Origin: an uncultured Candidatus Saccharibacteria bacterium
GTDB taxonomy: Bacteria; Patescibacteriota; Saccharimonadia; Saccharimonadales; EFPC-124
Direction of reading: 5' to 3'
Assembly (NCBI GenBank): GCA_964447105.1
Contig: CAYURH010000003.1
Location: 1 to 62,967, forward strand
DNA: 62,967 bases
In this document: positions 44,407 through 53,837 of the stretch, piece by piece
How the letters are laid out: each line of letters opens with the position of its first letter
Numbering within the stretch: position 1 is the stretch's first letter
Made by a program: the position numbers and the translations under genes
Notes under the pieces: generated by a model
Databases searched by the model: none
Told to the model about the DNA's origin: nothing
Seen by the model: only the letters and a program-made list of their open reading frames with translations

Positions 44407-46263
44407 TCAATACTTTTTGACACTAAAGAGAGCGTCGGTGCGTTCGATATTGGGATTCAAAAAGGGGTCGTTCTCAATTACGTCGCGCCAACGCTTCTTA
44501 AACATAGCCTTGGCTGCCGCAAACTCCTTGGTGTCGCGCACCTTTTTTTCCTCGGGCCGGCCCACACTAATCGATTCATGATGCAGTAGTTCAACCATGG
44601 GGTTGTATAGCGTGCGGTAGCCGTGTTCGTGTAGACGCAAGCACAAATCTACGTCGTTATAAGTGATGCGCAGCTTTTCATCGAAGCCGTGGGCCTCGTC
44701 GAATCGACTCTTTTTAACCATAAGACAGGCGGCAGTGACTGCCGAAACCTCGTGGCGGGTGTCGCCGTACAGGTGCTGCATTGGTGTGCGTTGTTTTATA
44801 TGCACGGGGCTCAACAAGTTGGCGGCCCACCCGCCCAGCCCAACACCAATACCAGCGTGCTGAATATGCACATGGTCCGGGTAATACAGCTTGCAGCCCA
44901 CGGCACCCACGCCATCGCGCTGCGCATCACCCAGCAACAGTTCCAGCCAGTTAGCAGTTACCACCTCTGTGTCGTTGTTAAGCATGACCAAATACTCACC
45001 CGTTGCCTTGCCGGCTCCAAAGTTGCAAGTGCGCGAATAGCTAAAAGGTTGCTCGGGCCAATCGTACACATGAACATTGCTGTGTGCTTTTTGAATGGAT
45101 TTATACCACGAGCGTACCTTGGGGTCAGTCGATCCGGTGTCCACTACGATTACTTCGTAGTTTTTGTACGTGGTCTTGGCCATTATGGAATTAACACATG
45201 TCCTCACAACCTTAAATTGATTGACTGTAGGTATAACAATCGACACCTTGGGCCCGCCTTTGACTGGATGTATGACCTGCCAGTAGTCCCTGAGTATAAT
45301 GCCCTGCACAACTTTGGCGTCAGGATAGCCACGGCGCACCAAACTCTCAGCAATAGCTTTGCCTTGAGCTTCACGTACATAAGGTTTTACATCAGACAGG
45401 TGAGCGGTTGATGTCTCGGATATACGCCAGCTGTAGAGCACTTTGGGAATATGGTAAATCTTTTTGGTAGTGTCTGCGATGCGCAAAAAAAGATCCCAGT
45501 CCTGTGCGCCCTCAAACCCAACACGGAAGCCCCCGATTTTGTTCATGAGCGTAGTGCGGATAACCGCCAAGTGCGTTATGGCATTGATACTTTCCATGAA
45601 CTCGGGATTCCAATCAGGCTTAAAGAAAGGGTCTTGATGGTCGGCACGGTCCTTGGTGATCTTTTCTTCGTCGCTGAACAGAAAATCCAATTCCTTGTCG
45701 CGGTTCAATTGCTTGATCACTTCATACAGGGCATTCGGCCACATCACATCATCGTGATCTAGCAGTGCGACAAACTCGCCCTTGGCCAAGCCCATCGCAT
45801 CGTTGCTGGCGCGAGAAATATGACCGTTCTTTTCACGAAACAAGTAGCTGATGCGCTTATCTTGCTTGGCATATTCTTTGATAACGCCACGTACTTCAGA
45901 ATCAGTCGATGCGTCATCGACAATGCACAATTGCCAATTATCATAGGACTGGGCACGCACGGAATCTATGCAGTCGTGCAGGAAATCGATATTCGTGTTG
46001 TAGGTCGGTATGAGCACAGAAATCAATGGGCGATAGGCAAATTTGGCTGCCTCATCGCGTTCGCGGAGCATTTCAACTCCGTCGGGATAGTTATGATCCA
46101 CCCACTTGGCGTAGTCGTCGGTTTCTGCCTGGTTGCCAAGATGAACATGCTCAACAATCAGACCCTTGGCAAAATTCTTTAGGCGCTCGTTCTTTCCAAT
46201 AACTCTTTTGGCGAAGTTCGCCGAGCTTCCTAGCCCGGACCGCAGTGCATGTTTAAGACTCAT
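44407..46263 (-). CDS. Dual-domain GT2 glycosyltransferase (two tandem GT-A modules)
   Basis: Module 1 is LISVLIPTYNTNIDFL...CIVDDASTD...ALLDHDD. Module 2 is VSIVIPTVNQFKVV...VIVVDTGSTD...VMLNNDTEV. Confidence 0.82.
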   Translation of the reverse strand: MSLKHALRSGLGSSANFAKRVIGKNERLKNFAKGLIVEHVHLGNQAETDDYAKWVDHNYPDGVEMLRERDEAAKFAYRPLISVLIPTYNTNIDFLHDCIDSVRAQSYDNWQLCIVDDASTDSEVRGVIKEYAKQDKRISYLFREKNGHISRASNDAMGLAKGEFVALLDHDDVMWPNALYEVIKQLNRDKELDFLFSDEEKITKDRADHQDPFFKPDWNPEFMESINAITHLAVIRTTLMNKIGGFRVGFEGAQDWDLFLRIADTTKKIYHIPKVLYSWRISETSTAHLSDVKPYVREAQGKAIAESLVRRGYPDAKVVQGIILRDYWQVIHPVKGGPKVSIVIPTVNQFKVVRTCVNSIMAKTTYKNYEVIVVDTGSTDPKVRSWYKSIQKAHSNVHVYDWPEQPFSYSRTCNFGAGKATGEYLVMLNNDTEVVTANWLELLLGDAQRDGVGAVGCKLYYPDHVHIQHAGIGVGLGGWAANLLSPVHIKQRTPMQHLYGDTRHEVSAVTAACLMVKKSRFDEAHGFDEKLRITYNDVDLCLRLHEHGYRTLYNPMVELLHHESISVGRPEEKKVRDTKEFAAAKAMFKKRWRDVIENDPFLNPNIERTDALFSVKKY

Positions 46264-46287
46264 TATTCCTCCCTGCTTCCCTTGGTA

Positions 46288-47328
46288 TTATTTCTGAACT
46301 TTGCCGAGTAGCATTCGCTTGGCGGCAGCTAGTTTTCTGGCTAGCTTATATGATTTTGAATCCTCGATCGTGGTAATGTGGGCCAGCAATGCTTCAATAT
46401 ACTCCTGCTTACCCCGACTGTCAGCCTCCAGTTCACCGATGCGCTGACGCTGATGGTCAACCTCTTCATCAAACTGACGCAAGGCATCGGTATATACCCG
46501 AATGGCTTGCTTTAGGACTAATATAGTTTCGTCGAAGACATCAGTGCCTTTGGCAGTGCGAATTTGTTTTGCCATGTCTGTAATCACTTTGGCATCGGTC
46601 TGACTCTTCAGGCCCACCGAAAGCGTACGGTAGTTGTAATCGAGAGGTAAAATGCCGTCTGGATCAAGGTTAGTGTTGTAAATTTCATAGAGCGCGTCAA
46701 TATGCTTACCCACCTTGTCGAATTTGCTGGCCGCAAAGATAACCGACTGCAACAGAATCCAGAAGGGCAGGTAGTTACTGGGGAACTCAACCGTGTGTAG
46801 CTTCACTTCTTTTAGAAGCTGCGTAGCAAGCCCTGGTTCGGGTAAACGATAGTCGATGTGCTCCTTGAGCCACTGATGATCCTTCTTATGCAGCTGTTTG
46901 AACAGCCCGTTCAAGAAGACTTCGGCTTCCGCGTTCTGTGGCGTGCCAAATGGTGCCGCCACAATCACGCCCCTTTTGGCCACGCGCGTACATTCGCCTA
47001 TAAACGCCTGGCGCTTACTGCGAGGAATATGCTCAAACACATCAAAACTAACCACAAAATCAAAGCTGTTGTCCTGAAATGTCATAGCAGTAGCATCGCC
47101 ATGCACGTAGTTTTTCTGTTTTACATCAAACACATCAAGGACGGTCACCGAATCGTTCGAGTGGAACAAGTGTGTTGCACCCAAGTAGCCACCTGCGTCG
47201 AGGATAGTAAAACGTTGAGCATTGGATTTACGCAAACAATTAATAATCTCGCTGGCTCGCTTCTGACGGCTATATTGGTCGAAGGGCAGGCTAGTAAGTG
47301 GTTTATTGGGCATTATATTTGACTCCAT
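46288..47328 (-). CDS. SAM-dependent methyltransferase with C-terminal coiled coil (WbdD-like chain-terminator candidate)
   Basis: ILDAGGYLGATH (motif I) and DFVVSFDVFEHIP. The last about 90 aa are heptad-like (EEVDHQRQRIGELEADSRGKQEYIEALLAHITTIEDS). It overlaps the upstream wzt gene by 16 nt. Confidence 0.6.
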   Translation of the reverse strand: MESNIMPNKPLTSLPFDQYSRQKRASEIINCLRKSNAQRFTILDAGGYLGATHLFHSNDSVTVLDVFDVKQKNYVHGDATAMTFQDNSFDFVVSFDVFEHIPRSKRQAFIGECTRVAKRGVIVAAPFGTPQNAEAEVFLNGLFKQLHKKDHQWLKEHIDYRLPEPGLATQLLKEVKLHTVEFPSNYLPFWILLQSVIFAASKFDKVGKHIDALYEIYNTNLDPDGILPLDYNYRTLSVGLKSQTDAKVITDMAKQIRTAKGTDVFDETILVLKQAIRVYTDALRQFDEEVDHQRQRIGELEADSRGKQEYIEALLAHITTIEDSKSYKLARKLAAAKRMLLGKVQK

Positions 47329-48467
47329 GTTCCGAATAAATCAACTTTACCATGTGTTTTGGCACGGGAATTCACATTCAGTATGACCGCCTTTTCCAGA
47401 TGATCGTATTCTTCTACGACATCACGATCAAAAACCGCCACAGTGAGTGAGTAACTGCCAGCCACGAACGGCAGCTTGTCAATATTGTAACAAATAGTTT
47501 TATTGCTGGTGGTATGTACACCTATACTGTTTGGACCAGCGATATTAACACCAAACTGGTCAATAAACGCCAAGCCTATCACGATGTCGGTCGTGTCTGG
47601 CGACTTAGTCTCAATAGTCAGCTCGAGTGGTCTACCTTGCTTCGGCTCGCCCTTGGAACTGATTCGCACTCGTTCTATCTTTACCCTACCTGTGCCCCAT
47701 CGGTTTGAAGCGCGAGGTTCGGGGCTTTCGACATTAAGATGATTATATCTGACAATTGCCTTCGCTAGGTTTGTTGGGCCGCTACTTGTGCCGTCGTGTA
47801 CCACCATTGCTCGGTCGCAAAAACGCTCGACAGCGGCCATATCGTGAGTAACCAAAATAACTGTTTTCTTGGCTTTCTTCAGCTGCACAAAATGCTCGAA
47901 GCATTTTTTCTGAAAGGCTGCATCGCCAACAGCCAATACTTCGTCTATCAACAAAATGTCGCTTTTTGCGCGTATGGCAATTGAAAAAGCCAACCGCACC
48001 TGCATGCCGGATGAGTAATTTTTGAGCTTTTGATCCATAAACTTGCCCAGCTCAGCAAAGGCTACGATGTCATCATACATGGCGTTCATTTCTTTACGAT
48101 TAAAACCAAGGAGTGCGCCGTTTAAAAATACGTTTTCGCGCCCGGTCAGCTCAGGGTTAAAACCAACGCCGAGTTCTATAAACGGAGTTAGGCTGCCGTT
48201 TACCTGCACCGAGCCTTGGTCTGGTACGTAAATACCTGCCAACAGCTTAAGTAGCGTACTCTTACCACTGCCATTGCGACCAACTATTCCAAAGAATTCG
48301 CCCCTTTTTATATCGAACGAGATATTTTTGAGTACTTTTTGTGTGGTGTAGCCACGTTTGCGATTAAAAATATTTACGAGCGCCTGCTTTAAACCACTAT
48401 GCTGTTCATGGGGTAATTTAAAACTTTTATGAAGATCTTTAACAATAATCGCTGGTTGTTCGTCCAT
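47313..48467 (-). CDS. wzt: Polysaccharide ABC exporter ATP-binding protein with C-terminal carbohydrate-binding-type extension (Wzt/TagH family)
   Basis: Walker A is GIVGRNGSGKSTLLKLL, the signature is YSSGMQVRLAFS, and Walker B is ILLIDEVLAVGD. An about 140-aa beta-rich C-terminal domain is also present. Confidence 0.85.
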   Translation of the reverse strand: MDEQPAIIVKDLHKSFKLPHEQHSGLKQALVNIFNRKRGYTTQKVLKNISFDIKRGEFFGIVGRNGSGKSTLLKLLAGIYVPDQGSVQVNGSLTPFIELGVGFNPELTGRENVFLNGALLGFNRKEMNAMYDDIVAFAELGKFMDQKLKNYSSGMQVRLAFSIAIRAKSDILLIDEVLAVGDAAFQKKCFEHFVQLKKAKKTVILVTHDMAAVERFCDRAMVVHDGTSSGPTNLAKAIVRYNHLNVESPEPRASNRWGTGRVKIERVRISSKGEPKQGRPLELTIETKSPDTTDIVIGLAFIDQFGVNIAGPNSIGVHTTSNKTICYNIDKLPFVAGSYSLTVAVFDRDVVEEYDHLEKAVILNVNSRAKTHGKVDLFGTWSQI

Positions 48468-49279
48468 TACACGTTCTCCGCAAAGTACCGAGCATGCTTT
48501 TTAAAATACCAGGTGGCAAAAACTACCATTACGGCAACAATCGCAAACGGTATAGCAATAAGCAACGGTTCGCCCACCATACTAAACGTCGTTGGTGTTT
48601 GATGCGTGATCAAGTTGTAGCGAGCGTCTTGCATAATCTGTGCCACTGGATTTAGTAGCATAATTTGTGCGGCAATGGTGCTAAATTTTGTCACCATACT
48701 CAACGAATACAGGATTGGCGTGGCGTAAAATGCACCCTGCAAAAGCACTTCCCAAATATGACTCATGTCGCGATATTTTACGTAAATTGCCGCGAGTAGA
48801 AAGGCGATGGCCACTGCAAACATATACAGCTCAAGAATGTTTAGTGGAAACCATATAGCAGAGGCTTTAAAATCAACTCCATTCACCATGGCAAACAAAA
48901 ACACCACTACAAGATTCAGCATTAGATTAATCAACGCCGAAATAGTACCAGAAATAACGACGATGTATTTTGGGAAGTTAATTTTGCGTATAAGATCGCC
49001 GCGCGCCACAATCGCCTGCATGCCCTGACTCGTCACCTCAGTAAAAAAACTCCATAATACTACGCCGAGTAGTAGATAAACGGCAAAATGCTCAATGTCG
49101 GCGCCAAACTTCAAAAACTGCACAAAAACAACATATAAAATAGTAAACAGTAGTAGGGGTTTCAATAGCGACCACAAATACCCCAACGCCGACCCCTGAT
49201 AGCGCAACTTAAAGTCCGTGATTACCAGTTCGCGCATCAACGCGCGGTTCTTCTTGCTGAATATATTTTGCAATGACAT
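48467..49279 (-). CDS. wzm: ABC-2 type polysaccharide exporter permease (Wzm/TagG family)
   Basis: A 270-aa protein with 6 TM helices. ELVITDFKLRYQGSALGYLWSLLKPLL is the typical ABC-2 N-terminus. It overlaps the ATPase gene by 1 nt. Confidence 0.85.
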   Translation of the reverse strand: MSLQNIFSKKNRALMRELVITDFKLRYQGSALGYLWSLLKPLLLFTILYVVFVQFLKFGADIEHFAVYLLLGVVLWSFFTEVTSQGMQAIVARGDLIRKINFPKYIVVISGTISALINLMLNLVVVFLFAMVNGVDFKASAIWFPLNILELYMFAVAIAFLLAAIYVKYRDMSHIWEVLLQGAFYATPILYSLSMVTKFSTIAAQIMLLNPVAQIMQDARYNLITHQTPTTFSMVGEPLLIAIPFAIVAVMVVFATWYFKKHARYFAENV

Positions 49280-49312
49280 AGTCTTCCAATGATTATATTA
49301 TAAGGAGAGCCT

Positions 49313-50335
49313 ATGAAGAAACCTCTTATCGCCGTAGTTATTCCTAACTGGAATGGCGCGGATATGATTGTCAACACGCTTACCTCGCTGCGTAATCAGA
49401 CGCAATCGCACACCGTAGTGGTGGTCGAAAACGGATCAACAGATGGTTCGCGCAAACTTTTGCGCCCCCTGGCCAAAAAAGGGGAGTTGGTACTCCTCGA
49501 ACAAGATCACAATTTAGGCTTTGACGGCGGCGTGAACATAGGTATTCGGTACGCACTGCAGCATGATTACGACGCTGTCGCATTGTTGAACAACGACGCT
49601 ACGGTGCACGCAGACTGGCTCAAACACTTGAGCAACCGATTGTTTGCCGACGACAATGCCGGCATTGTCACCTGTAAGTTATTGTCGCACGATCGCTCGT
49701 TTATCGACAGTACTGGTGACTGGTTGACCATTTGGGGGCTACCATATCCACGCGGCCGCGCCGAAACGGCCATAAACAAATACGACAAGCAAACAACGAT
49801 TCTGGGTGCGAGCGCTGGGGCGACGCTATACCGTAGCAGCATGCTCCACCAGATCGGCATCTTTGATGAAGACTTTTTTGCTTATTACGAAGATGTGGAT
49901 ATTAGCCTGCGCGCCCGGCTGTATGGGTGGCAGATCTTTTTCGAGCCTAGAGCCGAAGCGTATCACCTGATCAATATGACCGGCAACCGCGTAAAAGGTT
50001 TTATGACCTACCAAACTATGAAAAACATGCCTTGGGTACTTATCAAAAACCTCCCCTTGTCACTTTTTGTTCGAGTCTATCCCCGATTTTTGATCGCTTA
50101 TTGGTCGTTTGTAGCCAGCGCGCTCGCCAAAGGCAATGGTTGGCCGGCAATCAAAGGCGTAGCTGTGTCAACTGCACTCACACCCAAAAAAATCTGGCAG
50201 CGCTGGGCAATTCAGCGCAACCGCGTGCTGCCCGTAGCCGAACTTGATGCCATGCTCGTGCATGATTTGCCGCCCAACGCCACTAAACTTCGTAAACTAC
50301 GTGCTGCGTGGTGGCGGGTGATAGGGAAGCGATGA
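49313..50335 (+). CDS. GT2 glycosyltransferase (rhamnosyltransferase-like)
   Basis: IAVVIPNWNGADM...VVVENGSTDGS...LLNNDATV...YYEDVDISLRA. Confidence 0.8.
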   Translation: MKKPLIAVVIPNWNGADMIVNTLTSLRNQTQSHTVVVVENGSTDGSRKLLRPLAKKGELVLLEQDHNLGFDGGVNIGIRYALQHDYDAVALLNNDATVHADWLKHLSNRLFADDNAGIVTCKLLSHDRSFIDSTGDWLTIWGLPYPRGRAETAINKYDKQTTILGASAGATLYRSSMLHQIGIFDEDFFAYYEDVDISLRARLYGWQIFFEPRAEAYHLINMTGNRVKGFMTYQTMKNMPWVLIKNLPLSLFVRVYPRFLIAYWSFVASALAKGNGWPAIKGVAVSTALTPKKIWQRWAIQRNRVLPVAELDAMLVHDLPPNATKLRKLRAAWWRVIGKR

Positions 50336-51423
50336 AAACAATTGTTATCGACGGCCGCAAAATCCAATCCAGCACTGGCCGTTATATTGAAGAGCTCATC
50401 AGCCACCTGGACGATATAGATCGCGACCACCGCTACATCTTGGTGGTTTACCCAGAAGAAATGAACCACTACCAACCCAAGCACGACAATGTGTCGGTGG
50501 TGGCCACGGATTTCCGACACTATACCTTTGGCGAACAGATCGGCTTCAATCACTTCTTGCGCTCGCTCAAGCCCGATTTGGTGCACTTCTACATGCCCCA
50601 ACAACCACTGCTTTATACCCGCCCGTCCATCACCACAGTGCACGACTTAAACTTAGTGCGCGTTACAGCCAACGACATGAACCCCGTCGAACTCGTCATC
50701 AAACGCACCATCTTCCAACATTTCCTCAAAATCGTGGCGCGCCGCAGCAAACACATCATCACTCCCACGCAATACACCAAAGACGATTTAGTTCAGTACG
50801 CCAGCATCTCGCCGAACAAAGTAACCGTTACATACGAAGGCGTCATCAAACTAGGCGAATATGAGCCCGTACCGAAATATAAAGACAAAAAATTCTTGGT
50901 CTATTTGGGCCGGGCCGAACCGTACAAAAACAACCGACGCATGATCGAAGCTCACCAACGACTACTCACACTCTACCCCGATTTACGCCTGGTCATCATT
51001 GGTGCCATCGACGAACTGCGTCAAGCCGACATGCAGTGGGTAAGGGATAATAAATACAAAAATGTCGACTTCGCCGGCTTCTTAAGTGACGAGCAAGCGG
51101 CTTGGCTCTATCAGCACTGCCAGGCATTCGTGCAACCATCTATGATGGAAGGCTTTGGCCTGCCCGTGCTTGAAGCTATGGCCCAAGGCGCGCCAATCGT
51201 TTGCAGTAACGCCACTTGCTGCCCAGAAGTTTACGGTGATGCCGCGCATTATTTTGACCCAACCAGTGTTGACGACATTGAGCGGGCTATCAATGATGTA
51301 CTGGTAGACGAAAAGCTGCGCAAAAAACTCATTGAACACGGCGCGCGCCAGATTAAAAAATATTCATGGCTACGAATGGCCGAACAGACGCTCCAAATTT
51401 ACAAGCGCTTACTTGTAGAATAA
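50332..51423 (+). CDS. Glycosyltransferase family 4
   Basis: ATG 50332 forms an ATGA overlap with the upstream stop. YLGRAEPYKNN...FVQPSMMEGFGLPVLEAMAQGAPIVCSN. Confidence 0.85.
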   Translation: MKTIVIDGRKIQSSTGRYIEELISHLDDIDRDHRYILVVYPEEMNHYQPKHDNVSVVATDFRHYTFGEQIGFNHFLRSLKPDLVHFYMPQQPLLYTRPSITTVHDLNLVRVTANDMNPVELVIKRTIFQHFLKIVARRSKHIITPTQYTKDDLVQYASISPNKVTVTYEGVIKLGEYEPVPKYKDKKFLVYLGRAEPYKNNRRMIEAHQRLLTLYPDLRLVIIGAIDELRQADMQWVRDNKYKNVDFAGFLSDEQAAWLYQHCQAFVQPSMMEGFGLPVLEAMAQGAPIVCSNATCCPEVYGDAAHYFDPTSVDDIERAINDVLVDEKLRKKLIEHGARQIKKYSWLRMAEQTLQIYKRLLVE

Positions 51424-51661
51424 TTTACAATTACCCATTTACGACCCCTAACAGATTGACCCCTGTAAATACAAAATAGGGAAGTGTGACGCGAGGGGAG
51501 TGGTCATAGAGAATTGTTGTATAATTCTACACCTTTGTGGGCTGGCTATATTAATTAACGCCGCTATTAGCAGTACGCATATCGAACAAAATGAGATCTC
51601 ACTCCCCGCCTATATACTTCAAAACATTTTGCTTTTTTGCAAAATTATATAAAAATATATT

Positions 51662-52123
51662 TTATACTTTTTTGCTCACTACTAGGTGGCGCTCTTTCCC
51701 CTCCCCTTCGGAGTGGCTCTCGAGCTGCTCAAATTCACCGACTACCCCGTGGGCGGTGCGACGGTCGGCAGGGCTCATGGGTTTCATATGCATGGTCTCC
51801 CCTGTTTCCTGCACCCTCTTCACCTGCTCCCTCACCTGCTCTGCAACGCGCTCAGCACGATGCTGTTTGTAGTTGGCTACATCGATGTTGACGCGGGTGA
51901 GCTCAGCTTCTTTGTTGCGCAGGCTTTGCGATAGCAGAAACTGCAAACTTCGTAGTGTTTCACCGTGTTGACCGATCAAAAACCCGTTCAGATGAGTAGA
52001 CGGCACACCGAGTTCAATCACGTCGTCGTTATATGTGGCGCTTACTACCGTATTTAAGCCAAAAAAGGACAGTAAGTCCTCTAGATATTTGCGTGCGTAT
52101 TCGATTGACGCTTCTCTATCCAT
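51662..52123 (-). CDS. jag: Jag/KhpB-type RNA-binding protein (KH + R3H)
   Basis: IGQHGETLRSLQFLL (KH-like) and PMSPADRRTAHGVV (R3H). It sits immediately downstream of yidC. Confidence 0.85.
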   Translation of the reverse strand: MDREASIEYARKYLEDLLSFFGLNTVVSATYNDDVIELGVPSTHLNGFLIGQHGETLRSLQFLLSQSLRNKEAELTRVNIDVANYKQHRAERVAEQVREQVKRVQETGETMHMKPMSPADRRTAHGVVGEFEQLESHSEGEGKERHLVVSKKV

Positions 52124-53031
52124 TATCGCTTCCTCCGTTTAGCTTTTTTTGCTTTGGGAGTGTCCACCACTTTGGCGGGCGCTGCTTTTTGCGCTCGCAG
52201 TTTTGTTGTTTCGCTGAGTTTTTCTAGATCTGATTCGTCTTTTTTGAGGGCGATACTCTGCTGGATGATAGCTGCGCAGCTAGTCGTGACCAGATACAGC
52301 ACCAATGCGCCGGACAGATAAATCGAGATGCCAAATGTTAGAATTGGAAACAACCACGACATCTTGCTGGTCATGAGTGCGCTTGCTTCGGCTTGATCGA
52401 TTTCTTTGCCTTGCGCCTGATCTTTGAGTAGGTCGCGCAGACGGCGCTTTTCTTTGGGTTGCGGCATTAATTGCCTGGCCTGTACGAACTGTAGTATTGC
52501 AGCAGCAATAGCCATGATAAGGAGTGGCCAGTAGATGGTGCCGTTGTGCAACGCCGTCTTAGTGAGATCAACCACACCAAGCATTGTGTCATCCAGATGA
52601 CCGTTCATCGCATCATGGATACCTGGCAGGCCTTCCAAAAAATCATACGTATATTTCGCCACGTTAGAAGCGTTGTCGGTGATGAGGCGCACCACAGAAT
52701 ACAGCGCGATGAATACAGGTAGCTGCACCAGCAATAGGCCAATGGAACTAAACGGATTAACACCCTTCTCGCGATACAACTCCATCATCATCTGACTCTC
52801 GAGCTGTTTGTTGCCTTTAGCTTTTTGCTTGATTTTGGCCAGTTCGGGCTGCATCTGGCGCATGGCTTTGGTTTGGCGCAACTGTCTCTTGACCAGTGGC
52901 CACATACATAAACGAACTAATATGGTGAAAACAATCAGCGCCAAGCCAAAATTATGACCAGGGATTACCGAATATATGACAACCAAAATATTAAAAATTG
53001 GTTGGATTAAAATCAGATCGAAGAAATTCAT
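52123..53031 (-). CDS. yidC: Membrane protein insertase YidC/Oxa1 family
   Basis: PLVKRQLRQTKAMRQMQPELAKIKQK...ELYREKGVNPFSS, with a lysine-rich C-terminal tail. Confidence 0.92.
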   Translation of the reverse strand: MNFFDLILIQPIFNILVVIYSVIPGHNFGLALIVFTILVRLCMWPLVKRQLRQTKAMRQMQPELAKIKQKAKGNKQLESQMMMELYREKGVNPFSSIGLLLVQLPVFIALYSVVRLITDNASNVAKYTYDFLEGLPGIHDAMNGHLDDTMLGVVDLTKTALHNGTIYWPLLIMAIAAAILQFVQARQLMPQPKEKRRLRDLLKDQAQGKEIDQAEASALMTSKMSWLFPILTFGISIYLSGALVLYLVTTSCAAIIQQSIALKKDESDLEKLSETTKLRAQKAAPAKVVDTPKAKKAKRRKR

Positions 53032-53064
53032 ATGTGCCTTTAGTGTACCAGATGTGGTCTTATA

Positions 53065-53442
53065 TTAAGAGTCTTTTGTATGTGGCTGAGAATGAGCTTG
53101 CCAGGCGTGCGACACCTCGAGTGCTTTTTGGAGTTCGCTCGTCAGGTCGTCGTGCGACATTTCCAAGAACCGTGGGTCGTAGATGCTAATCACCATATCG
53201 TGCCCGCCAGGGATTCTATCCCAGTTGAGGCGGAGCGCTTCGTATACGCGGCGACGCACGGTGTTGCGCTTGGGCGATGATTTGATAACTTTTTTACTGA
53301 TCACCACTGCCGCGCGGCTATGTTCACGGCGAGTGTTGCGGGCAATGCGCAGCGACATGCTTTTAAGCCGGTATGTTTTACCATGCCCAAATACAAAACG
53401 AAGTGCGGCATGACCATGAAATCGAAATTTAGCAGCAAGCAT
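53065..53442 (-). CDS. rnpA: Ribonuclease P protein component
   Basis: A basic 125-aa protein. RAAVVISKKVIKSSPKRNTVRRRVYEALR. It lies between rpmH and yidC. Confidence 0.88.
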   Translation of the reverse strand: MLAAKFRFHGHAALRFVFGHGKTYRLKSMSLRIARNTRREHSRAAVVISKKVIKSSPKRNTVRRRVYEALRLNWDRIPGGHDMVISIYDPRFLEMSHDDLTSELQKALEVSHAWQAHSQPHTKDS

Positions 53443-53462
53443 ACTACCGTTAGCTTATCACG

Positions 53463-53615
53463 CTAGTTGCGGTCGGCAGTAGCAGCTAGTTGCACGCGAC
53501 CCTTCAGGCGGCGGCGCTTCAGTACGGTTTGACCACCCTTGGTTGCCATGCGGGCGCGGAAGCCGTGCACTTTGACGCGGTGGGCACGTTTGGGCTGGTG
53601 AGTTCGTTTGGGCAT
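53463..53615 (-). CDS. rpmH: 50S ribosomal protein L34
   Basis: From ATG 53615: [40 protein letters not shown]. The longer track ORF start at 53678 is rejected. Confidence 0.93.
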   Translation of the reverse strand: MPKRTHQPKRAHRVKVHGFRARMATKGGQTVLKRRRLKGRVQLAATADRN

Positions 53616-53668
53616 GGGTGATTCCTTTTGCTTATTTATTGTAAAATCTATGTACCATAGTGACAGAT

Positions 53669-53784
53669 TTATCCACAATAATCAATAGGTTATCCACACT
53701 TTTACAGGGGTACACAGAAAATGTGTAAAACTAACACTCTTAAGCAGTCCACGCAACTTTATGGTAGTTATGGTTGTGGAAAAA
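53669..53784. promoter_or_regulatory. DnaA boxes upstream of dnaA (oriC part 1 / dnaA autoregulation)
   Basis: There are two perfect TTATCCACA boxes, at 53669-53677 and 53690-53698. An inverted TTTTCCACA box lies at 53776-53784. Confidence 0.8.
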
Positions 53785-53837
53785 TCGGCCACAGCAGTAT
53801 AGTATTAGGTAGTTAGCAGTTACCGTGAGTGGAGGGG

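Noticed and set aside
44689-45411. 240-aa plus-strand ORF
   Set aside because: It is antisense to the dual-module GT2 gene (44407-46263), which has two clean GT-A signatures. The antisense product has no motif and a biased composition.
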